In this document: positions 27,158-36,334 of the stretch, in pieces | Position numbering within the stretch: the first letter of the stretch is position 1 | Layout of the letters: every line of letters starts with the position of its first letter | Notes under the pieces: generated by a model | Seen by the model: the letters and a program-made list of their open reading frames with translations, nothing else | What the model was told of the DNA's origin: nothing | Databases searched by the model: none | Translations under genes and position numbers: made by a program | NCBI GenBank assembly: GCA_031973055.1 | Contig: DALYDS010000001.1 | Coordinates: forward strand, 1-48,147 | DNA length: 48,147 bases | DNA from: a bacterium | GTDB taxonomy: Bacteria > Patescibacteriota > Gracilibacteria > BD1-5 > JAGOOR01 | Direction: 5' to 3'

Positions 27158-27169
27158 TTTTTATTTCAA

Positions 27170-28738
27170 ATGAAAAAATATCTCTTCTCTCTCCTCTGTC
27201 TCACTCTCATAGCTGGTGCCGCTGTCACGACCAGTCAAGGGTATACTGAGTTAGAACTCCAGATAGCGAATAATTTTGCGAAAAAAGGTATCATCATCGA
27301 TTATTCAAAAAATCCTGAACTGTATCGTCTCAATGAGAACATCACACGATCCGAACTTATGGCCATAGCACTCAAAATCAAGGGTGTGAAACTCCCTGAC
27401 GAATTCGTCTGCCAAGGAAAATATGCTGATGTCACGGATAATAACTGGATATGCAGAACGGTTGAACTCTCTCTCGACAATCAACTCATCCGATCCCCTA
27501 GCTCAGATAAAAATACTGCACGTCCCTTGGATGTAGTAACGCGAGCAGAAGCACTCGCAATTTTACTGAAAGCAAACGGACTGAACTATTCAAAAAATAT
27601 CGCACGTGGCTCAAATCCTGCAAGTATGCCACAATGGCAGATAGACGTCATGGAAGGAGCTGTAACGCTCAAAATCATACCTACTACCCAATGACGCGGG
27701 CCAAACACTATTATCAAAAGAAAAGAGGTACTCTGACTCGCGCATAACATGAAATATGCTACTGGTGAATATAAACTCAGCACTATTACGACACCTCAGG
27801 CGCTCAACTCAGCACCACAAGAAAATACAGAAGCAGCTAAAAAAAATATACTCAATTCAACCATCACCGTCAAACAAGATCCTGTCGAGAAACTCAAGTA
27901 TACTTTTTCTGTGGCACCAAAAACACTCGAATGAGTCGTCAAGAGTGTCAATTGGTATATACAAAAAACGAGTGATACTTCTGTCGGTAAAAGCCTCTGA
28001 ACGGGAACGAATTATATTTATTCATTCACTGAATCTGGAAAATATACTATTGAAGCAAAAATTGAAGACAGTTTCGGTAATATACTCACAGCACGTATGG
28101 TCGCAGAAATAACCATTACTGGAACTGGAAATACGCCCACCACACCTGGCACAACAACGCCCCCTGCGACTACGACTCCTCCAGCACCAGGTACGACCGT
28201 CAGCGGTGAAGCAGCTCTCACTACTCCGCCTACTACAGGAGACAAAGTATCTGTAAAAATAAATAATGTTGCCACTACTTTTACTGTTGGTGATAGTGAA
28301 AATACTTTGACCGAGGTGGATGAAGCAGTGAGAACTATGAAAATAGGAGATAAAAAAAATGTCACTATCTCTTCACGAACAGGCGGGAAAATAACGACCA
28401 ATACTTTTGTTGTGGAACTTGTCGATATACAGAGAGGTGGTTTACAAAAAATTAATATAACCATAACAGAACCCTCATCAAATATTACCTTATCTACAGA
28501 TTCAGTCACTATCAGTGGCACTTCCAAAGGAACAAGTAAAGTAAATATAATCATCAATGGTAAACAGGTTGCTTCGACACAAACAAATTCTTTATGATTA
28601 TTTAGTATAACAGTTAATGGTCTTACCGTAGGTGAGAATATCATTGTTGCAGAAGTATTGGACGGAACTGGTCAGATAAATGGTTCATCAATTCCAATCA
28701 AGATAAAAGTGGTTACTGAGGCTCCTCTAAATAGTTAA
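27170..28738 (+). CDS. secreted modular surface protein (SLH-like, PKD-like, Thr/Pro linker and Ig-like segments), 522 aa
   Basis: Signal peptide MKKYLFSLLCLTLIAGAAV. SLH-like YADVTDNNWICRTVE...VVTRAEALAILLKANGL. PKD-like YIYSFTESGKYTIEAKIEDSFGN. Linker TPTTPGTTTPPATTTPPAPGTT. Track ORFs 27170, 27749 and 28097 are in one frame joined by UGA. TAA at 28736-28738. Confidence 0.65.
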
Positions 28739-28756
28739 CAGAATTAAATAAATACT

Positions 28757-29386
28757 ATGTTCGATCCATTTTACGAATATATCTATCATCTTTTCCAGAC
28801 TATAGATTACACTGCAGTATTTCTGATGATGATGATTGAAGCCTCTATCATCCCCTTCCCCTCTGAAATACCCATGCTCGCTGTGGGTATCCAGAGCTAC
28901 CACGGTGATATGAACCCTCTTATTGGCCTCCTCGTAGCTCTCTGTGGCGTCACAGTTGGTACTACAGCGAATTATTTCATTTGATATTTCGTTGGTGATA
29001 TTTTCGTAGAACGGTATGGGAAATATTTCGGCATCAAAAAAGAATCGTACCATCATGCACAGGCCCTCTTCCATAAAGATGCAAATTTTTACACATTCTT
29101 CGGTAGGCTGGTGCCAGTAATACGGCAAATTATCTCTATCCCTGCTGGGATGGCACATATGTATTTCCCTCGTTTCATATTACTCTCGCTCGCTGGCTCA
29201 ACAATATGGCTAACAGTGCTTATCGTATTGGGATATTTTATTGGTGATAATACAGAACTAATCAGGCCTTATACGACAGGCATTACTGCTCTTATATGTA
29301 TTTGCTGATTGGTCTGGTTTGCGACACATCACAAGGCTCTCGTTAAAAAAACCATTGTAAGAATAAAAAGAGCATGCCTGAAGTAA
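28757..29386 (+). CDS. DedA-family membrane protein
   Basis: ...MMMIEASIIPFPSEIPMLAVG... and ...GRLVPVIRQIISIPAGMA... Track fragments are joined through UGA 28982. Read-through of UGA 29306 adds 25 codons to TAA 29384-29386. Confidence 0.75.
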
Positions 29387-30101
29387 TCAGTGCAACTCCA
29401 GTATAGAGAAAAATACTCACGACATGTGGACCCCAGAAAAAATAGGGCTCCGCTCCAACCAATCGTCCGATGACGAGCTCGTCATAAAAAAGTCGAACAT
29501 GATATCGCAACACTGAGAATATCAGGAGTATCATAACAATGGCCGTTAACACCAAGAAAAAGACTACAGCGTGTACTGTGCGCTCTATAGTGTTGAGAGA
29601 TGACTCAAATGATCGGAGATGCTGACGTACAGAATCAATCGATGATGTCTGTTCAAATATGTCACGATACTCGAGCACCCGTATCCACAAACGCTCTATA
29701 TCTGTACCGTAGAGAGGAACCATCAGTGTATCAGGGAGAGGATTCTCACCTGACAAAACAGAGAGTATGGAAGAATCGCGCTGTATCTGTGCGTCGAGTG
29801 CTACTTCTTTGGAAATAGTCGTTACCTGTGTCGATGTGATTTTGTCTGTTGTGAGACTCTCTATAAAAGCATTTACCCGAGGACTCTCGAGGCTAATTTG
29901 TTTTTGGAGGAAAAGAGGGTACGTAAATTTCTCTGATACTTGATTTCGTTGTGAACGAAGAAACCCCACCATAGATATACCAATAAAAATCGTGAGGAAT
30001 AATACCGTCAAAATACCCATAATACCGAGAGAGGCATTTCTCATGCGGGTCATGTGTGTCCAAGATGTTCGGAGTATGCAACCAATCATAACGCTCAGCA
30101 T
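29343..30101 (-). CDS. ftsX: FtsX-like permease (cell-division ABC transporter permease family)
   Basis: N-terminal transmembrane helix, a large extracytoplasmic loop and three C-terminal transmembrane helices. ...LVIGRLVGAEPYFFWGPHVV... resembles FtsX 'MrLVGAt..fIr.PF'. Confidence 0.6.
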   Translation of the reverse strand: MLSVMIGCILRTSWTHMTRMRNASLGIMGILTVLFLTIFIGISMVGFLRSQRNQVSEKFTYPLFLQKQISLESPRVNAFIESLTTDKITSTQVTTISKEVALDAQIQRDSSILSVLSGENPLPDTLMVPLYGTDIERLWIRVLEYRDIFEQTSSIDSVRQHLRSFESSLNTIERTVHAVVFFLVLTAIVMILLIFSVLRYHVRLFYDELVIGRLVGAEPYFFWGPHVVSIFLYTGVALITSGMLFLFLQWFF

Positions 30102-30123
30102 AATGAGAAAATGCTAAAAGTAC

Positions 30124-30147
30124 AAAAAATGACCCCAAAAGGGTCAT
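30124..30147 (-). terminator. intrinsic terminator after rpmA
   Basis: Minus RNA AUGACCC-uuuug-GGGUCAU followed by UUUUUU. Confidence 0.75.
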
Positions 30148-30174
30148 TGATTATAGACGGAAATATGGATTGTA

Positions 30175-30462
30175 CTATTTCTGTGCTACTGTATCAACAG
30201 TGACAAATGTTGAACGTACTTGTTTTCCATCAAAACGTGTACGACCTTTTTCATAGAATCGAACTACGCCGTCAGTGATAGCCTGGAGAGTGAAATCTTT
30301 CCCTTGCATAACACCTTCTCCTGGGAAAATCTTGTTACCTTTTTGACGTACGATGATATTACCAGCGATAACTGGAGTACCAGCATACACTTTCACACCA
30401 CGTCGTTTTGCTTGTGAATCACGACCGTTGTTGGTAGAGGAGACCGCCTTTTTATGAGCCAT
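30175..30462 (-). CDS. rpmA: 50S ribosomal protein L27
   Basis: [51 protein letters not shown]... Confidence 0.9.
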   Translation of the reverse strand: MAHKKAVSSTNNGRDSQAKRRGVKVYAGTPVIAGNIIVRQKGNKIFPGEGVMQGKDFTLQAITDGVVRFYEKGRTRFDGKQVRSTFVTVDTVAQK

Positions 30463-30488
30463 ATACTTAAATTAAAATTAAGAACGAA

Positions 30489-30932
30489 TTAATTGTTCTG
30501 ATTACTATTTGCTGTTCGTGCGAATCGAGCATTCACTTTATTTGCATCAGCATTTTTGTAGACATCGAGTTTCTTCTTGTAGGCATTTCCTGTCTCCTGA
30601 GATGCTTCGATAATTTCAGTTGCGAGAGCTTCTGCAAATGGAGTACCTTTTTTACCTTGTGCTGATTCTTTGATCCATTTTGAAGCAAGGAAAAATTGAC
30701 GCTTTGGGAGGACATCACCAGGAACCTGGAAAATAGCACCACCGATACGTTTTGGACGAACTTCAACACGAGGCATGATATTCTCAAATGCTTTCGCGAG
30801 AAGAGCGTCTGGATCTTTGTTGCCTTTTTCTTTGACGATAAGGAGAGCATCAGCGAGGAGTTTTTGAGCTGTATGCTTTTTACCACCTTGCATGATGTAG
30901 TTTATAAATTTACTTTTCTGGAGATTAATCAT
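30489..30932 (-). CDS. rpsG: 30S ribosomal protein S7 (N-terminally short form)
   Basis: ...KFINYIMQGGKKHTAQKLL...IMPRVEVRPKRIGGAIFQVPGDV...AYKKKLDVYKNADANK. An in-frame TAA lies 4 codons upstream of the ATG. Confidence 0.85.
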   Translation of the reverse strand: MINLQKSKFINYIMQGGKKHTAQKLLADALLIVKEKGNKDPDALLAKAFENIMPRVEVRPKRIGGAIFQVPGDVLPKRQFFLASKWIKESAQGKKGTPFAEALATEIIEASQETGNAYKKKLDVYKNADANKVNARFARTANSNQNN

Positions 30933-30944
30933 AGGAATAATATA

Positions 30945-31358
30945 TTATTTTTTAGGTCGTTTAGCACCGTATTGGCTACGTGACTGTTTGCGATCTGCAA
31001 CTCATTGAGTATCGAGAACACCACGAACAATATGGTAACGTACACCTGGGAGATCTTTGACACGTCCGCCACGAATCATCACAACTGAATGCTCCTGGAG
31101 ATTATGTCCTTCACCACCGATATAAGCGATGACTTCGTATCCATTCGTGAGACGTACTTTCGCAACCTTACGAAGAGCCGAGTTAGGCTTCTTTGGTGTC
31201 ATAGTGTACACTTTTGTACATACGCCTCGCTTCTGTGGAGATGCGAGAGGCAGGTCAAGTCTTTCGAGGTTGTTGCGAATCATCATGAGCGCAGGAGACT
31301 TGCTCTTGCGAATCTTGTTCACACGTGGTTTGCGGATAAGTTGTTGAATTGTAGGCAT
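30945..31358 (-). CDS. rpsL: 30S ribosomal protein S12
   Basis: [12 protein letters not shown]...[19 protein letters not shown]...[12 protein letters not shown][G][18 protein letters not shown]. The track ORF stops at the UGA, which aligns with the conserved Gly of '..GV.DRKQ.RS.YG'. Confidence 0.95.
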
Positions 31359-31375
31359 AGGAAATTGAGAGAATA

Positions 31376-31756
31376 TTAACGTTTAGACCATTGGATACGC
31401 TTACGAGCTTTATGGAGACCTGGTTTCTTTCGTTCAACTTTTCGTGCATCACGAGTGAGGAGACCTTGTTCACGGAGAGCTGATTTAAATGTTTCATCGA
31501 TTTTGACGAGAGCACGAGCAATACCATGTGCAATTGCGTGTGCTTGAGCACTTTCACCTGATCCTGAGACAACAACTGAGAAATGATATTCTGTTGCTGC
31601 TATCTTGAGAGGTGCGTGTACTTTTGAGAGGAGATCATCACGAGTAACATATTCCTTGAGAGGTTTACCATTTACTTCTGAGTTTCCTTTTCCTGCAAAA
31701 AGTCGTACACGTGCAGTTGCTGTTTTTCGACGACCAAGTCCGTAAGTATATTCCAT
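31376..31756 (-). CDS. rpsI: 30S ribosomal protein S9
   Basis: ...[14 protein letters not shown]...[11 protein letters not shown]-type motif...[27 protein letters not shown]. Confidence 0.9.
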   Translation of the reverse strand: MEYTYGLGRRKTATARVRLFAGKGNSEVNGKPLKEYVTRDDLLSKVHAPLKIAATEYHFSVVVSGSGESAQAHAIAHGIARALVKIDETFKSALREQGLLTRDARKVERKKPGLHKARKRIQWSKR

Positions 31757-31768
31757 AGTAATTGCGAA

Positions 31769-32197
31769 TTAGAGAGAGAAAGTAAGAATTTCTGGTGTTT
31801 GTGCCTCGTGGCTATGTTCAGAACCTTGAAATTGTTTCAAACGATCGAGCATATGATCTCGGTGGCTATTTTTTGGGAGCATACCGGCAACAGCGAGCTT
31901 GAGCGGTTCAAATGGTTTCTTGGTACGAAGATCAGCGAGTGTGATAGTCTTGAGTCCACCCATATATTGTGAATGTGTGTGGTATTCTTTTTGTGATTCT
32001 TTACGGCCTGTTGTGACGATTTTATCGATATTGATAACGACGACATAGTCACCACCATCAATATGAGCAGCATAGGTAGGCTTCTCTTTACCAGAGAGCT
32101 TACGAGCAATACCCTGAGCTACACGACCGAGCGTGAGACCAGCGGCATCAACGAGATACCATTTTCTTTCGACATTATTTGGGAAAAGTGTTTTCAT
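31769..32197 (-). CDS. rplM: 50S ribosomal protein L13
   Basis: ...KWYLVDAAGLTLGRVAQGIARKLSGKEKPTYAAHIDGGDYVVVINIDKI... Confidence 0.9.
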   Translation of the reverse strand: MKTLFPNNVERKWYLVDAAGLTLGRVAQGIARKLSGKEKPTYAAHIDGGDYVVVINIDKIVTTGRKESQKEYHTHSQYMGGLKTITLADLRTKKPFEPLKLAVAGMLPKNSHRDHMLDRLKQFQGSEHSHEAQTPEILTFSL

Positions 32198-32211
32198 AAA
32201 AGAGACAAGAA

Positions 32212-32568
32212 TTAGACAACAAGTTCAAGAGTAACAAGCATGCTCGCATCACCAGCACGATATTTGAGAGGAGTCATGCGAGTAAAACCAGATGTTTTAG
32301 TAGTTTTTTTAGCGATTTCCATAGCTGCCACACATGCTGCCTCTGTATAGAGAGAAGCCTGGAGAGCACGGATTGTATTCATCGTATTGTTGTTGAGACA
32401 TTTACCGATGAGATTGTGCACGAGAGGTGTCACAGCACGAGCACGCTTTTGTGTTGTCGCTATTTTACCGTGAAGGAATAAGCTCGAAGCGAGATTTCGA
32501 AGTACTGCATCACGATGATTAACGTCACGTCAGTTGAGCTTGAGATGTTTTTTGGAACGGTGTCGCAT
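32212..32568 (-). CDS. rplQ: 50S ribosomal protein L17
   Basis: MRHRSKKHLKLN[G]RDVNHRDAVLRNLASSLFLHGKIATTQKRAR... The start was recovered by reading UGA. The track lists only the C-terminal 73 aa. Confidence 0.85.
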
Positions 32569-32611
32569 AAAAGGGAATTAAGTGAAAAGTGTAAGTGATT
32601 TATTGAATGGT

Positions 32612-33604
32612 CTAATCATCTCCGAGGAGTTTTTTATTTTGAGTAGCGAGAGCAGCTCGAACTTCGTCCATAGCTTTCTTTCCGAAACCTTTGATAGATG
32701 AGAGTTTTGCTTCTGTGCATTTTTCGAGTTGTTCGACAGAGAGGATATTTCCATTGACGAGTGCGTTGAGCGTACGTGGTGAGAGACCGAGGAAATCAAT
32801 ATGTGTGAAATTCTCACGGTGTTCTGTCGCTTGTGCGTCTTTTTTCTCTTTTTCACGAAGTGTGCGTACATCTCCCATGAAATCACTCTCGACGATAACA
32901 TCAGAGTCGCAGAAAATATCAAAGTATGAACGGAGCATCTGAGAACCAAACTTGAGGGCTGTTTCTGGAGAGATAGAGCCGTTGGTTTTGATAGTGAGAG
33001 AGAGCTTGTCGAGATCTGTCATGTCACCATAACGTTCACTCGTAACGTCAGAACTCACATTGAGAACTGGAGAGAAGCTCGCATCGACGAGGAGAATCAT
33101 GACATCATCATCTTCTTTCTTGAGAGTCTCGATTGATTTGTATCCAACATTTTTTTCAACACGAATTTGGATATCGAGTTCGAATCCATCACGATCAATC
33201 TCTGTGATATAGAGGTCTTTGTTGAGAATTTCAACACCACCACCTGTCTTGATATCATTTGCTGTTACTTTACCAGCTTTGTTTTTCTTGAGAGTAATCC
33301 ATGTAACACCAATATCAGATTTTTCGAGAACGAGATTTTTGAGATTGAGCATGATATCGAGAACACTCTCACGGATACCTGGAAGAGTTGTATACTCATG
33401 TGTTACTCCTTGTATCTTGATACCAGTGACACGTGTCCCTGGGATAGATGAGAGAATCACTCGACGAAGAGCATGACCGAGAGTCACACCATATCCTCGT
33501 GGGAGTGGAGTTATATCAAACACTGATTCCATGCAAAATGCATCCTGAGAAAGACGCTGTTCAGAAACCTTTGGGAGACCGATAATCGTATGGAGTGTGT
33601 GCAT
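32612..33604 (-). CDS. rpoA: DNA-directed RNA polymerase subunit alpha
   Basis: ...PLPRGYGVTLGHALRRVILSSIPG... N-terminal domain, and a C-terminal domain ...LGLSPRTLNALVNGNILSVEQL... Confidence 0.9.
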   Translation of the reverse strand: MHTLHTIIGLPKVSEQRLSQDAFCMESVFDITPLPRGYGVTLGHALRRVILSSIPGTRVTGIKIQGVTHEYTTLPGIRESVLDIMLNLKNLVLEKSDIGVTWITLKKNKAGKVTANDIKTGGGVEILNKDLYITEIDRDGFELDIQIRVEKNVGYKSIETLKKEDDDVMILLVDASFSPVLNVSSDVTSERYGDMTDLDKLSLTIKTNGSISPETALKFGSQMLRSYFDIFCDSDVIVESDFMGDVRTLREKEKKDAQATEHRENFTHIDFLGLSPRTLNALVNGNILSVEQLEKCTEAKLSSIKGFGKKAMDEVRAALATQNKKLLGDD

Positions 33605-33632
33605 GGATAAAAAGGGATAAGAAGTAAGAAAA

Positions 33633-34259
33633 CTACTTAGAGTAAAATTCGACGATTTTTTTCATATCAATACTTTGATCAAAATCAGTTGGCTCTGGGA
33701 GTCGCTTGATAGTAATCTTGTATGTTTTTGGGTCAGCATCAATCCACTCTACCGCTGAAACCTTCCCTGATTTATTGGTTTTGAGAAATTCTTCTGACTC
33801 AACCTGGAGATTCTTGTAGATAGGTGTATCTTTGAGCTTTTCACGAACTTCGATAACATCACCTACAGAAATTTGGTATGATGGAATATCTACTTTCTGA
33901 CCATTGATAACAAAATGTGCGTGACTTACGAACTGACGAGCTTGCATGATTGTACGAGCAAAGTTTGCCTTGAGTACTGCCATATCGAGACGCATTTCGA
34001 GAAGTCTCTGCATGTTTTCAAGAGTATTCCCCTTCATGCGAGATGCTTTTTTGAAGTAATTTGAAAATTGCTTTTCAGAAACTCCGAACATACGCTTCGC
34101 AGATTGCTTCGCACGGAGTTGTTGTCCGTAGAGCCCCATACGACCGACATTTCTACCGAGGAGTTTTCGCTTTGAACCATCGAGTGAATATTTTTCACTT
34201 CCGAAAAGGTTTTTACCTTCACGACGACAGAGTTTCTTTTTTGGACCAGTATAACGCAT
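33633..34259 (-). CDS. rpsD: 30S ribosomal protein S4
   Basis: MRYTGPKKKLCRREGKNLF...YGQQLRAKQ...RLDMAVLKANFARTIMQARQFVSHAHFVINGQKVDIPSYQI. Confidence 0.9.
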   Translation of the reverse strand: MRYTGPKKKLCRREGKNLFGSEKYSLDGSKRKLLGRNVGRMGLYGQQLRAKQSAKRMFGVSEKQFSNYFKKASRMKGNTLENMQRLLEMRLDMAVLKANFARTIMQARQFVSHAHFVINGQKVDIPSYQISVGDVIEVREKLKDTPIYKNLQVESEEFLKTNKSGKVSAVEWIDADPKTYKITIKRLPEPTDFDQSIDMKKIVEFYSK

Positions 34260-34283
34260 AAATAATTGAGACTAAGAGAGATA

Positions 34284-34673
34284 TTAGAGTTTACGTATTT
34301 TCTTTTTCTTCGTACCGTTGTATGGTACTGGTGTTTCATCTACTATTGAATCGATTTCGATACCAGCAGCAACAATAGCTCGGAGAGCATTATCTCGACC
34401 AGCACCAACACCTTTTACAGAAACATGAACGCGTTTGAGACCGTAGAGACGGATAGCTTCTTCGAGACATTTTTCCATGGCCATAGTAGCTGCGTATGGA
34501 GTTGCTTCACGAGCACCCTTGAAACCAGCACGACCACCACTGTGCCATGTGAGAACATTGCCTTCTGTATCAGAGACACTCACGTGTGTATTGTTGTAGA
34601 GAGCAGAAACACAAATAACGCCTTGTTCGACAACACGTTTTGTTTTCTTAGATCTGCGGAGAGTTTGAGCCAT
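34284..34673 (-). CDS. rpsK: 30S ribosomal protein S11
   Basis: ...NNTHVSVSDTEGNVLTWHSGGRAGFKGAREATPYAA...VKGVGAGRDNALRA... Confidence 0.9.
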   Translation of the reverse strand: MAQTLRRSKKTKRVVEQGVICVSALYNNTHVSVSDTEGNVLTWHSGGRAGFKGAREATPYAATMAMEKCLEEAIRLYGLKRVHVSVKGVGAGRDNALRAIVAAGIEIDSIVDETPVPYNGTKKKKIRKL

Positions 34674-34685
34674 AAATAAGAGGTA

Positions 34686-35057
34686 TTAAGCGACAGCTTT
34701 TTTGTTAGCAACAGTATTTTTCTTGCCTCGTTTTGTACGAGCATTTGTCTTCGTGCGTTGACCACGAACAGGAAGTCCTTTTTTGTGACGTACACCGCGG
34801 TAGCAGTTGACGTCTTGGAGAGCTTTGATATTCGTCATCACTTCTCGTCGAAGGTCTCATTCAAGAGTATATTTTTTGAGTTCATCACGAACCAATCCGA
34901 GCTCTTCTTCAGAGAGAGATTCAGCTTGGCGATTGAGTTCTATCTTGCATGAAGCAAGGATAGCTTTTGAACGAGTAGGTCCAACGCCATAAATAGCGGT
35001 GAGTGCTACCCAGAGGTGCTTGTTGTTTGGAATGTTGACTCCAGAAATACGTACCAT
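34686..35057 (-). CDS. rpsM: 30S ribosomal protein S13
   Basis: [30 protein letters not shown]...YTLE[G]DLRREV...[30 protein letters not shown] 34857 read as Gly. TAA at 34686-34688. Confidence 0.9.
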
Positions 35058-35074
35058 AATAGTAAAATAGATAA

Positions 35075-35212
35075 TTAGCCTTGTCTTTGGTTATAACGAC
35101 GATTCTTTTTGTTGATAATACGGACATACCTTTTGGTATGACTCTTGTTCCAACGAACAACGATAACATCGTTACGTGGATCGCGAGGCTTTATGGACGG
35201 GCGTACTTTCAT
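35075..35212 (-). CDS. rpmJ: 50S ribosomal protein L36 (Cys-free, non-zinc type), 45 aa
   Basis: MKVRPSIKPRDPRNDVIVVRWNKSHTKRYVRIINKKNRRYNQRQG. Below the track cutoff. Its ATG forms an ATGA junction with infA. Confidence 0.75.
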   Translation of the reverse strand: MKVRPSIKPRDPRNDVIVVRWNKSHTKRYVRIINKKNRRYNQRQG

Positions 35213-35469
35213 ACAGATTGTGCTACGTTATGACGATAAATAATACGACCTTTCCCAGTGTCGTAGGGGGTAATTTCGATATCCACTTTGTCCCCGTTAA
35301 GGAGTGAGATATTGCACTTACGCATGTGACCGGATACATATCCAATCACAATCATACCATTTTCACCGAGTTCCTGACCAGAGAGAGTCGTAACCTGAAC
35401 ACGATAGTCACCACTTGGAAGGGATTCCAAAATGGTTCCCTGTGCTAAAATCTTCTCTTCTTTGACCAT
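35191..35469 (-). CDS. infA: translation initiation factor IF-1
   Basis: MVKEEKILAQGTILESLPSGDYRVQV...GYVSGHMRKCNISLLNGDKVDIEITPYDTGKGRIIYR. Read-through of UGA 35209 adds KYARP before TAA 35191-35193. Confidence 0.9.
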
Positions 35470-35502
35470 GAAATATGGGCGAAATTTATGATACGTGGCG
35501 GC

Positions 35503-35530
35503 ATTGTATAAAAAAAGTCACCCTTTGCAA
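35503..35530 (-). promoter_or_regulatory. candidate promoter of the infA-...-rpmA operon
   Basis: Minus strand TTGCAA (35525-35530) -N16- TACAAT (35503-35508). Confidence 0.45.
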
Positions 35531-35783
35531 ATCTTTTTTATCAAAAAATAAAATACAAATATAGGAAGAGAAAAAAAACATGATAAATAGGCTTAAAAGT
35601 CATTTTGTGAGCTATTTTTTGACGGGAGAAAAATAGTGATATTTTTCATAAAAAACAAAAATACATTTTTTGACCTCAAAACTGTATAAAAAAAGTGAAA
35701 AATTGATAACTATATTTGTTCTAAATAAAAACTCTAAAACAATTCCGTAATTAATTGACACAAAATGTATACTCTATTGACAG

Positions 35784-35812
35784 TTGCAATGAGTGATAAA
35801 AGAGGATATAAT
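35784..35812 (+). promoter_or_regulatory. candidate promoter of the DUF1761 gene
   Basis: TTGCAA (35784-35789) -N17- TATAAT (35807-35812). Confidence 0.5.
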
Positions 35813-35834
35813 AGTGCTACTTTAAACCCCTACT

Positions 35835-36269
35835 ATGAATTTTTTCGTTTCCCAAGTTGTTGAAGTAATCAGCCATATGTCCTTCAAAGCGGATATTTCA
35901 GCTACTATTGTTGCCATGGCCATCACTATAGCATGGTATCATTCCTCAATTTTTGGGAAAACTTGGTCACACCTCACTGGAGTGAAGAATAACATAAAGA
36001 CAAAAAAAGCACTCAGAAAAGCTATGATATGGAATTTTATTCTCTATTTTTTCTTAGCTGCTAATATAACAGCGTTTTGTAAGCACTTCCAATGGAATAC
36101 TATTGATCGTGGTTTTCTCCTGGGCTATGATCTCGGTCTCATGATCTGTGTAGCTATGGGCATACAAGCTCTCTACGAAAGACGCCCCCTCAAGCTCTAT
36201 CTCATCACGGCTGGATGCATACTCCTCACTATGAGTACTATGGGCGTTGTAGTTGCTTGGGTTCTCTAA
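35835..36269 (+). CDS. DUF1761-like membrane protein
   Basis: Four predicted transmembrane helices. ...AITIAWYHSSIFGKTWSHLTG... matches the DUF1761 'WYSP.lFGk.W' signature. Confidence 0.6.
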   Translation: MNFFVSQVVEVISHMSFKADISATIVAMAITIAWYHSSIFGKTWSHLTGVKNNIKTKKALRKAMIWNFILYFFLAANITAFCKHFQWNTIDRGFLLGYDLGLMICVAMGIQALYERRPLKLYLITAGCILLTMSTMGVVVAWVL

Positions 36270-36286
36270 GGATTCATTTTTAACAA

Positions 36287-36317
36287 TAAAAATCCCCTGC
36301 CATGGCAGGGGATTTTT
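36287..36317. terminator. bidirectional intrinsic terminator (DUF1761 gene on +, rpoC on -)
   Basis: AAAAA-TCCCCTGCC-at-GGCAGGGGA-TTTTTT. Confidence 0.8.
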
Positions 36318-36334
36318 TATTTTCAGAATTCTGA

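Noticed and set aside
28018-28644. Long antisense track ORFs: 28018-28644 (-), 25739-26209 (-), 38624-39121 (+), 40833-41435 (+), 1050-1502 (+).
   Set aside because: Each lies opposite a well-supported conserved or continuous gene and has low-complexity or implausible composition. They are typical shadow ORFs.
30932-30948. The short N-terminus of S7 might indicate a missed upstream start or a frameshift.
   Set aside because: An in-frame TAA lies 4 codons upstream, and only 12 nt separate it from the rpsL stop. The short form therefore appears genuine. It is a minor lineage-specific variation.
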